DNA of 64,000 nt from Spirochaetia bacterium (GTDB taxonomy: Bacteria > Spirochaetota > Spirochaetia > DSM-2461), in the NCBI GenBank assembly GCA_963668315.1, contig OY764216.1, positions 384,001-448,000 on the forward strand. The letters are read 5' to 3'. A model generated the notes under the pieces. It did no database searches. It saw only the letters and a list, made by a program, of their open reading frames with translations, and was not told the origin of the DNA. The translations under genes and the position numbers were made by a program. Numbering within the stretch: the first letter of the stretch is position 1; every line of letters starts with the position of its first letter. This document shows, piece after piece, positions 35,497 through 45,289 of this stretch.

Positions 35497-36725
35497 TTTT
35501 TCAGCAGACGCTGGATCATCTTGCTATTATCCAGCAGAGGTGAAACGGAGCGGTTATGGTGCAGCCGGGAAATGGTACGGGCGAAAAGATTGGCCACATC
35601 GGCAGAGAGATACCACTCTCTCTCCAGGATTTCCTTGGGAAGGGCTACGGCGTTCGTCCCCACCATATAGGAGAAAAGGCCCTCCTCATAGGCGCGGTCA
35701 AAATGTTCCACGGCATTACCGGAGAAAAGAGGCAGGGAAATGGAACCGATGAACTCCTTCGCCCCGTTATCCCGGAGAAGCTTCATCGCCTTAATGAATG
35801 TTCCGCCCGTACCCAGAAGGTCATCGTTCATGAACACGGTTTTCCCTTCCACGTCTCCGAGAAGGCGGGAATTGGTAATATTCGATTCATTGGCGCTTCG
35901 GGATGCCCGGGAATAATCCCGCTCCTTATAGATAAGGGCCAGGGGCTTTTTCATGGAGTCGGCATAGAATTTATTACGTTCGATGGCGCCGATATCGGGA
36001 GAAACGATGGTGAGAGCATCGCTGTCGAGGTCGAGGTAGGGCTTGAGTGTTCTGAGGATCTGATAGGAGGCATGCAGATTTTCCAGAGCCAGACTCGTGA
36101 AGGCGTGCTCAATTTCCTTGGAGTGAATATCCAGCGTGATAATCCGCTTGATCCCCATTCCCTCGAAAATATGTCCCAGACTGGAGGCGGTCAGCCCCTC
36201 GCGGCCTTTTCTCTTGTGCTGCCGGCTGTACGGATAGGTGGGGAGAACAAGGGAAACCCGCCGGGCTCCCGCCTGCAGAGCGGCATCGATGGTAACAAAA
36301 AGGCTCATCAGATGATCATTGACAGAAAGGGTCTCCAGCTCATCGGAACCGGAGAATTTCACGGGATTGCGGTTTTCCACATCCTGGACAATATAGATAT
36401 CCATCCCTTTGATGGAGTGGAGTATCTCGGTTTTAATTTCGCCGTTGGCAAAACGGGTGTATTTAGTAGGAACCTTGAAGGAGGGCATTCGGTAATCCGA
36501 AGCGTTCCCCACGGGAGAAACCCGGTGACTGTTGATATCGTCGGCCATATTCAGCCGCCGAATCATCTCCTCTCTGGGGAGATCATACATTTTAGAAATA
36601 AAAAGCGCCTTTTTCTCGAAACGGCGCTGATAAATCATTTTCAGGTGAGATGTGATTTCATTGGCGAAATTCTCACCCCCTGGACAGGCGATTACCCCCA
36701 GAGTGGTAGGCTTGGAAAATCCCAT
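35493..36725 (-). CDS. prs: Ribose-phosphate pyrophosphokinase (long spirochete type)
   Basis: FANGEI, PYSRQ, DIHS, SPDIG, DDLLGTGGT. Confidence 0.93.
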   Translation of the reverse strand: MGFSKPTTLGVIACPGGENFANEITSHLKMIYQRRFEKKALFISKMYDLPREEMIRRLNMADDINSHRVSPVGNASDYRMPSFKVPTKYTRFANGEIKTEILHSIKGMDIYIVQDVENRNPVKFSGSDELETLSVNDHLMSLFVTIDAALQAGARRVSLVLPTYPYSRQHKRKGREGLTASSLGHIFEGMGIKRIITLDIHSKEIEHAFTSLALENLHASYQILRTLKPYLDLDSDALTIVSPDIGAIERNKFYADSMKKPLALIYKERDYSRASRSANESNITNSRLLGDVEGKTVFMNDDLLGTGGTFIKAMKLLRDNGAKEFIGSISLPLFSGNAVEHFDRAYEEGLFSYMVGTNAVALPKEILEREWYLSADVANLFARTISRLHHNRSVSPLLDNSKMIQRLLKK

Positions 36726-36781
36726 GGATAGCCCTCATTTTTACAAGATGATAACAGAATAACATAGAGAAAAAGGCGGGG

Positions 36782-37393
36782 TCAAGCATAGTGGGACGTA
36801 TCGTCCCGACTCTCTACATTCTTAAAAAGCCCGTTCTCAAAACGAAGCACCGAAAGACTGGCCGGCTGCAGGAAAGGAGGAGCCCAAAAATCCTTGAGAT
36901 CCCGTCTCTCATAATGGTTCAGAATGCTCTTCAATAGAGCTCCGTGGCTGACGATAAGGATATCATCATCCTCGCCGTGCTCACTGACAATCTCCTCTAT
37001 CCGGCCGACGGCCCTTTTCCTGATATCTTCAAAATCCTCGCCGCCGGTAAGCTTTTTGTCAAAGGTTTCAGGACTGTTCCAAAACTGATCGACCACCGGT
37101 TCCAGCTCAGGCCTTATCCGCCCGAAGCATTCCCCTTCAAGCAGACCCAGGTCGATCTCCATAAAGGCTTCGTCCGGGATGAATTCCTGATTCAAATTCA
37201 TAAGTCCCGCCGTTTCCCGGGTCCTCTCAAGGGGGCTGCAGAAACAGGCGGCAAAGGTTTTCCCCTCCAGACTCCGCCCCAGGCGCCGAGCCTGTTCACG
37301 CCCCTCTTCAAGAAGGGGGGAATTCTTCTGCCCCTGAAACCTTTTTGCCCGGTTCCATTCTGTTTTTCCATGTCTAACAAGATATAATCTCAT
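36782..37393 (-). CDS. Histidine phosphatase (phosphoglycerate mutase-like) family
   Basis: LVRHGKTEWN, SPLER, VSHG. Confidence 0.92.
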   Translation of the reverse strand: MRLYLVRHGKTEWNRAKRFQGQKNSPLLEEGREQARRLGRSLEGKTFAACFCSPLERTRETAGLMNLNQEFIPDEAFMEIDLGLLEGECFGRIRPELEPVVDQFWNSPETFDKKLTGGEDFEDIRKRAVGRIEEIVSEHGEDDDILIVSHGALLKSILNHYERRDLKDFWAPPFLQPASLSVLRFENGLFKNVESRDDTSHYA

Positions 37394-37457
37394 CGATGAA
37401 CCTCAACCCCTTATACCAGAAATCAATATAAGGGGTCAACGGGAACCGGGGCCGGGG

Positions 37458-37964
37458 TCACCCCTTCAGGGCCTTAAGCGCCTCTTCATAGTCGGGCTCA
37501 TGGGAGACTTCCTGAACCTGCTGCCGATAGACAACTTTGCCGCTCTTGTCCACAATGACTACGGCCCGGGAAAGCAGACCGGCCATGGGTGAATCATCGG
37601 CAAATGCCACGCCGTAATCCGTTCCGAACTCGCGGTTACGGAAAACAGAACCGGTATAGACATCCTTCAGACCCTCGGCCACGCAGAAACGTTCAGCGGC
37701 GAAGGGAAGATCGGCGGAGACGCAAAGGACAACCGTATCCTCCAGGGAAGAGGCTTCCTGATTGAATCGCCTCACCGAGGCGGCGCACGTTGATGTATCA
37801 AGGCTGGGAAAAATATTCAGGACAATATTCTTACCTTTGAAATCTTCCAGGGAGAGAGGAGCCAGCCCCTTTCCCGCCAAAGTAAACGGGGGCGCCGCTG
37901 TACCCGGAACGGGCAGCTCACCGACAGTCTTAGTAGGATTTCCCCCTACTGTAATATCAGCCAT
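37458..37964 (-). CDS. tpx: Thiol peroxidase (atypical 2-Cys peroxiredoxin)
   Basis: FPSLDTSTC, SADLPFA..RFC. Confidence 0.95.
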   Translation of the reverse strand: MADITVGGNPTKTVGELPVPGTAAPPFTLAGKGLAPLSLEDFKGKNIVLNIFPSLDTSTCAASVRRFNQEASSLEDTVVLCVSADLPFAAERFCVAEGLKDVYTGSVFRNREFGTDYGVAFADDSPMAGLLSRAVVIVDKSGKVVYRQQVQEVSHEPDYEEALKALKG

Positions 37965-38074
37965 AATCAGTCCTCCTTATATGGCATGAGAGCCGAGAAC
38001 TGCTCACGGAGGTGAGAGGGGGCTCTCTTTCCCACTGGGTTATAGGTAAAAGATTCATAATCGGGAAGGAAAAA

Positions 38075-38944
38075 TCAAGAAAAAAAGTCAATAAGCAGAG
38101 AATTTACTTCATCGGGCTTTTCAATACTGACCGTATGCCCCGTTTCCTCAAAAAGATGGACCGGAATGTCTGGCCGGTATTTTTCCGCCAGCTCCCTTGC
38201 CTCGGGGGGATCGAAATAGATCTCCTCCTCACCCATAAGAATAAGGGTCCTGAGGGGCAGCCCTTTCCACTCTTCCCGGGTGAGCTCCCGGGGGAACAGG
38301 GGGAGATTGGGGAGAAAACCGGTTACCGCGGCGTACTGCAGATTCTCATAGTCCCGGTCGGGATAGAAATGGGCGGCATACTGCTTGCCTATAAGACGAC
38401 GGATTTCCGGCTTTTTCCCGGCCAGTATCACGGCCACGGCTTCGCGCAGGAGGGAGACGGGAATCATGCGGAAAAGGGGGACCGGCGAGAGCAGGGCCAG
38501 GGAAGAGACTCGGAGGGGGTACTTCAGGGCAAAGCGGGCCGCATGCCAGCCTCCCAGGGAAAATCCGCCGAGCCGGACAGAGTCCAGATTCAGGCTGTCC
38601 AGAAGTTCATTCAGCCAGCCGGCCCAGTGGTCGGGCCTCAAGGCGATCTGCCTGTAACGGCTTATGCCCACATCGCCCAGCGTCTCGGGAAGATAGAGGC
38701 GGTAATTCCGGGAAAGCCCTTCAACCGAATAGCGCCACATCAGGGGGGTATTCATAAAACCGTGAAGCAGTACCAGAGGCGGCTTTTCCTTATCGCCGCA
38801 AACCATAAGATGGGTAATGCCGTAGGTGGTTCGGATTCGCTTCTCTTCATAGGGGACGGGCCACAGGGCCTGGTTTTCCCGGTACCGGCGGACAAAATCC
38901 TTGCGGCTCTGACTGCTGCGGAAGGAAGCGAAGGGGACTTTCAT
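38075..38944 (-). CDS. Alpha/beta hydrolase
   Basis: LLHG, GFSLGG nucleophile elbow, C-terminal GH; probable start at MKVPF. Confidence 0.85.
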   Translation of the reverse strand: MKVPFASFRSSQSRKDFVRRYRENQALWPVPYEEKRIRTTYGITHLMVCGDKEKPPLVLLHGFMNTPLMWRYSVEGLSRNYRLYLPETLGDVGISRYRQIALRPDHWAGWLNELLDSLNLDSVRLGGFSLGGWHAARFALKYPLRVSSLALLSPVPLFRMIPVSLLREAVAVILAGKKPEIRRLIGKQYAAHFYPDRDYENLQYAAVTGFLPNLPLFPRELTREEWKGLPLRTLILMGEEEIYFDPPEARELAEKYRPDIPVHLFEETGHTVSIEKPDEVNSLLIDFFS

Positions 38945-38945
38945 C

Positions 38946-39965
38946 TTAAACCGGACGCCAGTCGAGCTCTTTTCCCGCCATGAAGGGAACAACCCCGGAA
39001 TACTCTTCGGGAACGGTCCATTTCTCCCTGCGGAAAGTCAAGGTCCCGCGATTCTTCTCGAGGCCGTAGAAAGCGGCGCCGTGGAGGGAAAAGAATTTTT
39101 CCAGAAGATCCAGGTGTCCCTGCTCTTCAAACAACGCGACAAGAAGGGGCAGCGCCACGGGGGACGTGAAGATTCCCGCCGCTCCGGAGGGACATTCCTT
39201 CTTCTCCCTGGGATGGGGGGCGCTGTCCGATCCGAAAAAGATCTTTTCCGATCCGGAAAAAACCAGGTCCCGAATTTCCCGGCGGTCGGCATCGGTCTTG
39301 GGGAGGGGACGGCAGAACAGATGGGGGTTCAGTCCGCCGCCCAGAAGATCTTCCTGGGTCAGGAGAAGATGATGGGCCGTCACGGTGGCGGCGACATTAC
39401 CGGGAAGGGAGGAAACCATCTCGGCCCCTTCGGCACTGGAAATGTGCTCAAAAACCATTCTCATCCCGGGAAAGGCTTCATGGATCTCCCTGAACCGGGG
39501 CAGAAAGAGCTGTTCCCGCTCCAGAGCGGGCCCCAGGGGATCTTCACCGTGGATGGAAAAAACCAGATCCCGCCGTTCCATCTCTTCCAGAGCTTCGGCA
39601 CAGAGCCGCCAGTCGGTCAGGCCGTCGGAGGAGTTGGTCGTCGCTCCGGCGGGATAATACTTCCCGGCCACGGCGCCCGCCTCGGCAAGCTCTCCCACCC
39701 GGGCGGCGGTCATACCCGGCATGAGCTTGAAAGTCATCAAAGGGGTAAAGCCCGGTCCTGCGGCCTTCCTGATAGCCCCTTCGTACTCTTTCATTCCCCG
39801 GGGATCGGTCACGGGGGGGACGGTATTGGGCATAACCAGCGCCCGGGCAAACCCCGCCTGAGCGGAAAGACGGGCATACTCCGCCATCGGCTCCCCCTGC
39901 CTCAGGTGGAGGTGAAAATCATCGGGAGCCTTAATAACGATTTTGTCTTTCCCTATCTCAGCCAT
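38946..39965 (-). CDS. pyrC: Dihydroorotase (homodimeric type)
   Basis: DFHLHLR, MPNTVPP, KYYPAGATTNS, GSDSAPH; start at MAEIG. Confidence 0.93.
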   Translation of the reverse strand: MAEIGKDKIVIKAPDDFHLHLRQGEPMAEYARLSAQAGFARALVMPNTVPPVTDPRGMKEYEGAIRKAAGPGFTPLMTFKLMPGMTAARVGELAEAGAVAGKYYPAGATTNSSDGLTDWRLCAEALEEMERRDLVFSIHGEDPLGPALEREQLFLPRFREIHEAFPGMRMVFEHISSAEGAEMVSSLPGNVAATVTAHHLLLTQEDLLGGGLNPHLFCRPLPKTDADRREIRDLVFSGSEKIFFGSDSAPHPREKKECPSGAAGIFTSPVALPLLVALFEEQGHLDLLEKFFSLHGAAFYGLEKNRGTLTFRREKWTVPEEYSGVVPFMAGKELDWRPV

Positions 39966-40965
39966 GGGGGTTGATCTCCTCTCTTTCGCGCTGCCAGATG
40001 ACCCGGCCGGTCTTATCAATATAATAGAGCCCTTCCCCATCGGCCACCAGGGCCAGGCCGTTGGAAAAGTCTTCCCCGTAAAGGTAATTCGGGGGGATAA
40101 CCATGTTCCCCTCCTTATCGATATAACCGACATGGGATGTTCCCCGGGGGGTAACCTTGGCAAGCCCCTCGGAAAAGGATGAACCGAAGGTATAGACCGG
40201 TTCGACAGCGACCGTTCCTTCCCTGTCTATATAGCCGGTATAGCCGTCCTCCACAATAAAAGCCATCCCGTCGGAAAACGAACCGGCCTTACTGAAACGG
40301 GGCTCAATAACCCAATCGCCCTTCCGGTCGATATACCCCCCCTTGCCGTCCTTGACCGCCAGGGCCAGATCTTCGGAAAAGTCGTAGCACAGTTCGTATT
40401 CGAGGGGGATGACTTCCTCTCCCTTCTTATTGATGAAGCCGTAAAGCCGGTCCTTCTCGACAAGCGCCAGGCCGCCGGAAAAATCCCCGCAGTACCGGTA
40501 GGGGATCTGAAGGACCAGTTCTCCCTTTTTATTCATCAGCCAGGTCGAGGTCCCGTCGTATACGGGGGCGAGGGAATCGGTAAAGGTACCCCCCTGGACA
40601 AAACGGGGTTCGCTTATCCAGGATCCTTTCCGATCGATATAGCCGCATTTCTCATCCACGATAACGAGGGCGGCCTTTCCGGAAAAAGGAAAGGCCTGAT
40701 CGAAGGTGGGTTCAACGGCCCAATCCCCCTTTTCGTTGACATATCCGTACTTCCCATTCAGCCGGGCGGGAGCCAGTCCCTCGGAAAAGGAGCGCGCCTG
40801 CTCATAGAGGGGAGGCACGGCTTCCTGTCCCTCATTGTCGATATATCCCATGCGCACCGCTCCCGCTTCTTTGTCCAGTTCGTAGACCGGATACAGGGGC
40901 TTACCGCCGCAGGAGAAAAGAATTACCAAAGGGACAAGGGAACAGACAAGGGTTCGCAACTGCAA
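39958..40965 (-). CDS. WG-repeat (KWG) lipoprotein
   Basis: Lipobox-like LFSC; repeated FSEGLA...GYID units. Confidence 0.88.
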   Translation of the reverse strand: MQLRTLVCSLVPLVILFSCGGKPLYPVYELDKEAGAVRMGYIDNEGQEAVPPLYEQARSFSEGLAPARLNGKYGYVNEKGDWAVEPTFDQAFPFSGKAALVIVDEKCGYIDRKGSWISEPRFVQGGTFTDSLAPVYDGTSTWLMNKKGELVLQIPYRYCGDFSGGLALVEKDRLYGFINKKGEEVIPLEYELCYDFSEDLALAVKDGKGGYIDRKGDWVIEPRFSKAGSFSDGMAFIVEDGYTGYIDREGTVAVEPVYTFGSSFSEGLAKVTPRGTSHVGYIDKEGNMVIPPNYLYGEDFSNGLALVADGEGLYYIDKTGRVIWQREREEINPHG

Positions 40966-41031
40966 TTTTACACCTCTTTCGAATGGGGAGATCTTCCCTA
41001 TTTTCTATTATATAATTATAATGAGGTCAAT

Positions 41032-41220
41032 ATGGAAAAAGATGAGTACATCGCCTATCTGAGCTTGAGGGCTGAGGAATGCGGCTACGGCGAAGAGATT
41101 CTGAAAAACATAAGAGAAGCCCTGACCGGAGGAGATATGAAGCTCTACGACAGACTTCACAGAATATCCGAACCGGAGTTCCGAAAATGGTGCCTCTCCG
41201 CGAATAAGGAGCAAAATTAA
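41032..41220 (+). CDS. Small hypothetical protein (62 aa)
   Basis: GAGG SD; stop overlaps the lysA start (TAATG). Confidence 0.55.
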   Translation: MEKDEYIAYLSLRAEECGYGEEILKNIREALTGGDMKLYDRLHRISEPEFRKWCLSANKEQN

Positions 41221-42479
41221 TGAGCAAAAAAACAGTTCCCCTGTCAAAAGAACAGCTGGAAAAGATTATAGAGACCTACCCCACCCCCTTTTACCTTTAC
41301 GACGAAAAAAGCATACGGAATCTGGCGAGGGAGTTCAAAGGAGCCTTTTCCTGGGTTCCCGCCGGATTCCAGAACTACTTTGCCGTCAAGGCGCTGCCCA
41401 ATCCCTATATCCTTAAGATTCTGAAAGAAGAGGGCATGGGAGCCGACTGCTCCTCTTTTCCCGAGCTGCTCCTGTCGGAGAGGGCGGGGATTGAAGGGGA
41501 AGACATCATGTTCACGTCCAACGACACCCCCCTTGATGAGTTCCGCAAGGCCAAGGAACTGGGGGCGATCATCAACCTGGACGATATAAGCCACCTCTCT
41601 TTCCTGGAGCAGATCGGCCTGCCCGAACTGCTCAGCTTCCGTTATAATCCGGGCCCCCTGAAAGAGGGAAACAGCTTCATAGGCAAACCGGAGGAAGCCA
41701 AATACGGACTGACCCGGGAGCAGCTTTCCGAAGGCTTCCGCCTGGCGAAGGAAAAAGGCGTAAAGCGGTTCGGCCTCCACACCATGGTCGCATCCAATGA
41801 GCTGAATGTGAATTATTTCATTGAGACCGTGGAGCTTCTTCTCAAAACGGCCTCCGACCTTCATAAAGAACTGGGGATCGAATTCGAGTTCATCAATTTC
41901 GGCGGAGGAATCGGAATTCCCTACAAACCGGAGCAGGAAGGGGTGGATTTCGCCCAACTGTCCCAGGGCATGAAAAGCCTATACAAGAAATACATACATG
42001 ATCAGGGGCTTAAGGATCCCAAAATCTTTTTTGAGTCGGGCCGTGCCGTTACCGGTCCCTTCGGCTGGCTGATAACAAAGGTCATCCACAAAAAGGATAC
42101 TTATAAAACCTATTGGGGAACCGACTCCTGCATGTCCGACCTGATGCGTCCCGGCATGTACGGTGCCTACCACCATATCACGGCCTTCGGGAAAGAAGAG
42201 GCCCCTGCGGTTCAGACCTGCGATATCACCGGCTCCCTTTGTGAGAACTGCGATAAATTCGCTGTCGACAGGGAGATGCCCGAGCTGGAGATAGGCGATC
42301 TGCTGGCGATTCACGATGCGGGAGCCCACGGCAGGGCCATGGGATTTAATTACAATGCCAAACTGAGAGCCGGGGAGATTCTTCTGAGAGAAGACGGCAC
42401 GGCCGTTCAGATCAGAAGGCGTGAAACCGTGGAAGACTATTTTGCCACGTTGGATTTTTCTGGACTGGACAGCTTCTGA
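41220..42479 (+). CDS. lysA: Diaminopimelate decarboxylase
   Basis: TPFYLYDE, FAVKA (PLP lysine), GGG, ESGR, GSLCENCD, MGFNYN. Confidence 0.93.
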   Translation: MSKKTVPLSKEQLEKIIETYPTPFYLYDEKSIRNLAREFKGAFSWVPAGFQNYFAVKALPNPYILKILKEEGMGADCSSFPELLLSERAGIEGEDIMFTSNDTPLDEFRKAKELGAIINLDDISHLSFLEQIGLPELLSFRYNPGPLKEGNSFIGKPEEAKYGLTREQLSEGFRLAKEKGVKRFGLHTMVASNELNVNYFIETVELLLKTASDLHKELGIEFEFINFGGGIGIPYKPEQEGVDFAQLSQGMKSLYKKYIHDQGLKDPKIFFESGRAVTGPFGWLITKVIHKKDTYKTYWGTDSCMSDLMRPGMYGAYHHITAFGKEEAPAVQTCDITGSLCENCDKFAVDREMPELEIGDLLAIHDAGAHGRAMGFNYNAKLRAGEILLREDGTAVQIRRRETVEDYFATLDFSGLDSF

Positions 42480-43006
42480 TGTACGTTTCCTGCTCGATCT
42501 GGACCGTAGCCCGGACGAACCGGGGGACGGCCGTTCTTCTGAAAGACGAAGTGTCGGGAAAGTCTCTTCCCCTGATCATCACGTCCGCCGAAGCCCAGAG
42601 TCTGCTTAACCAGATGAACGGAGCAGGAAAGGATAAACGGAGTCTGTACAGTTATATAAACCGTCTTTACGCCATGGGGGGCATGACGCTGAAACGCATC
42701 GAGATACTCCCCGACGGCAAGGGACACACCAGGGGCTGCCTTAGGGCCGGACGCCCGGGGGAGGACGACTTCACCGAGGAACTCAGCTCCTGCGATGCCC
42801 TGGCCCTGGCCCTTGAAACCGGGGCCGATCTCTTCGTGGAAGCCAACTTTTTTGCCCGCAAGGCGGTTCATCTGAGTCTGATTGAACTGGAGAGAAAGGC
42901 CCGGAAGAAAAAGCTGGAGGATAAACTCTCCCGCCTCGTGGAGCGGGAAGAGTACGAAGAAGCCGCCCAGATCAGAGACCGGCTGATAGAACTGGATCTC
43001 GAATAG
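42479..43006 (+). CDS. DUF151/bifunctional-nuclease-like protein with C-terminal UVR domain
   Basis: LPLII..AEA, DALALAL, EEYEEAAQIRD. Confidence 0.75.
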   Translation: MYVSCSIWTVARTNRGTAVLLKDEVSGKSLPLIITSAEAQSLLNQMNGAGKDKRSLYSYINRLYAMGGMTLKRIEILPDGKGHTRGCLRAGRPGEDDFTEELSSCDALALALETGADLFVEANFFARKAVHLSLIELERKARKKKLEDKLSRLVEREEYEEAAQIRDRLIELDLE

Positions 43007-43011
43007 GGGTC

Positions 43012-43323
43012 CTAGAGCCGAATGACGATGCGGGCCAGTTTATCCGCCAGAGCCCCCAGCCGATTCCGGCCCGTTTCCCCCATCTGCTCCCATTTTTTTT
43101 CGTAATCCGACAGGGCCGCCAGAACCCGGGCGTCCTGTTCGGCCCGGATCTCCTCCGTTCCGGAAATGACTCTCTGACGGCTCTTTTCACGGGCGGCTTT
43201 AACCGTCCCGTTATAGGCTTTTTCCGCCTCGCCGCCGATTTCCCGGGCCCGGATCTCCCCTTCCTCTATGATACGAGAAGCTTCTTTTTCCCTGTCCAGA
43301 ACGACATCGAAGATTTCCTGCAT
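43012..43323 (-). CDS. Hypothetical helical protein resembling V/A-ATPase peripheral stalk subunit G/H
   Basis: REKEASRIIEEG...KAAREK charged coiled coil. Confidence 0.5.
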   Translation of the reverse strand: MQEIFDVVLDREKEASRIIEEGEIRAREIGGEAEKAYNGTVKAAREKSRQRVISGTEEIRAEQDARVLAALSDYEKKWEQMGETGRNRLGALADKLARIVIRL

Positions 43324-43373
43324 ATGCCAAGTGTACATCAGGTAGGTTCATAACACAACAATTTTCCGGGCTA

Positions 43374-43402
43374 TTTACATAAGAATAGATAGCAATTATG
43401 AT
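43374..43402 (+). promoter_or_regulatory. sigma70 promoter of the APE-like cluster
   Basis: TTTACA-N17-TATGAT, 35 nt before ATG 43437. Confidence 0.55.
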
Positions 43403-43436
43403 AGCAGCTAAAAACGAAGAGAACGATGGAGTTCCC

Positions 43437-44552
43437 ATGAAAAAAGAAACTTCCCAATGGCAGGAAGACCGTTACGGCTCAGATAAAATCAGAGCGATAG
43501 ATGCCAAATACGAAGCACAGAAAATAGCCTTTGCCCCCTTAAGCTTTCAGGCCGCTCTGGTCCTGCGAAAGCTGGGTATCCTGAAAACCCTCCTGGAAGC
43601 GGGAGACGAGGGAATAACATTCGAAGCACTTTCAAAAAAACACGATCTGGAAGAGTACCCGCTGACCGTCCTGCTGGAGATGGGACTGAGCATGGATATT
43701 GTCAAATGGAAAAAAGAGAGTTCACCCCGCCTCTACACCCTGGGTAAGGTGGGATTTTTCCTGGAAACCGATGATCTGACCATTGCCAATATGGACTTTA
43801 CCCAGGACGTCTGCTATCTGGGGGCGTTTCACCTGATGGAAGCCCTGGAAAAGGGAAAACCGGAGGGGCTGAAAGTCTTCGGCGGATGGAATACCATATA
43901 CGAAGGCCTTTCACAACTCCCCGGGGATGTTCAGCACAGCTGGTTCCAGTTCGACCACTATTACTCCGACGGCGCCTTTCCCCAGGCCCTGAAATTCGTT
44001 TTTTCCCACCCCCGTCACAAACTGATGGATATAGGCGGAAACACGGCCAAATGGGCTTTTGCCTGTACATCCCACGACACCGAAGTGAAGGTGACGATTG
44101 TCGATCTTCCCGGACAGGCGGGAATGGCCCGCCAGAGGATTAATGACGCCGGCCTTTCGAAGCGGATAGAGATCCATGAAGGGAATATGCTTAAGGAGGA
44201 AACGGTACTTCCTTCCGGCCACGATTCGGTCTGGATGAGTCAGTTTCTCGATTGTTTCTCCAAAGATGAGATTACGTCTATCCTCAGAAAGGTATATGAG
44301 GCCGTGGATGAAAATGCGGAAGTATTCGTCATGGAGCCCCTCTGGGACAAACAGAAATATCCCGCCGCCTCCTATTCCCTCCACGCCACCTCGCTCTACT
44401 TTACGACGATGGCCAACGGAAACAGTAAAATGTACGGATATGATGAGCTGGTCAGAGCCGTGGAGGCCGGAGGCTTCACCCTGGCCGATGAGATCCATGA
44501 ACTGGGCCCCAACGACTACTCCATTCTGAAATTCAAAAAGAGAAAATCATGA
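43437..44552 (+). CDS. SAM-dependent methyltransferase (ApeB-like)
   Basis: MDIGGNT, VDLP, WMSQFLDCFS, MANGNS; first gene of the cluster. Confidence 0.85.
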   Translation: MKKETSQWQEDRYGSDKIRAIDAKYEAQKIAFAPLSFQAALVLRKLGILKTLLEAGDEGITFEALSKKHDLEEYPLTVLLEMGLSMDIVKWKKESSPRLYTLGKVGFFLETDDLTIANMDFTQDVCYLGAFHLMEALEKGKPEGLKVFGGWNTIYEGLSQLPGDVQHSWFQFDHYYSDGAFPQALKFVFSHPRHKLMDIGGNTAKWAFACTSHDTEVKVTIVDLPGQAGMARQRINDAGLSKRIEIHEGNMLKEETVLPSGHDSVWMSQFLDCFSKDEITSILRKVYEAVDENAEVFVMEPLWDKQKYPAASYSLHATSLYFTTMANGNSKMYGYDELVRAVEAGGFTLADEIHELGPNDYSILKFKKRKS

Positions 44553-45286
44553 GTTTCACCTTCTCGGTAGAAGATCTCTATTTCTGGGCTCCCGGCATTG
44601 AGACCGCCGACGACCGGGAGAGCTGGGCCGCGGGGAGAAGAGAGATAGAAAGATCTACCGTCAGCCCTCCCCTCGAACACATGTCCAAGGTGAGCAAAAG
44701 GAGACTCAGCCAGCTGAGCAAAATGGTTCTGGAGGCGGGCCATCACCTGCTGGCGGACCGGGAAGTGGGTCACATTCTTCTCTGCAGCGCCTACGGGGAG
44801 ATCTGCCGGCAGTATAAAATCACCCGGGGCCTTCTGGATGACGGAGAGATCAGACCGGCCGACTTCAGCCTTTCGGTCTTCAATACCCCCCTCAGCCTGC
44901 TCTCCATCGAAGAGAAGGCAAAGGGCTCCGTGAATGTTCTCCTGGCCGGAGAAAAAACCGCAGCGGCGGGCCTGCAGTCTATGACGGCACACGGGGTCTG
45001 CTGCCCGGAAGAACGGCAACTGATACTCTTCGCCGATGAGCTTCTGCCGGAGGAGTACGAAACACTGGCGGTAACCCCTTCGGTCCCCTATGCCTTCGGA
45101 TTTATCATTAATCCGGACAATACGAAAAATACGTCCGACCGGATTGAATTCTCCCTGGAGAAAACAGAGGGTTCCGCCGGAGAAACGATGCCCCTGGATC
45201 TCCTCAGATGGCTGATGAAAAGGGAGTCCCTTCCCCTGAAAATCCCTGCCGGGACATCGCAGGAAATCATTTTACAGCGGATATGA
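44549..45286 (+). CDS. Ketosynthase chain-length factor (ApeC-like)
   Basis: KRRLSQLSK, PADFSLSVFN; short KS N-terminal fold without catalytic triad. Confidence 0.82.
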   Translation: MSFTFSVEDLYFWAPGIETADDRESWAAGRREIERSTVSPPLEHMSKVSKRRLSQLSKMVLEAGHHLLADREVGHILLCSAYGEICRQYKITRGLLDDGEIRPADFSLSVFNTPLSLLSIEEKAKGSVNVLLAGEKTAAAGLQSMTAHGVCCPEERQLILFADELLPEEYETLAVTPSVPYAFGFIINPDNTKNTSDRIEFSLEKTEGSAGETMPLDLLRWLMKRESLPLKIPAGTSQEIILQRI

Positions 45287-45289
45287 TCA

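Noticed and set aside
37406..37436. Inverted repeat ACCCCTTATA-N11-TATAAGGGGT between tpx and the phosphatase gene
   Set aside because: Single instance; cannot distinguish operator, terminator or chance
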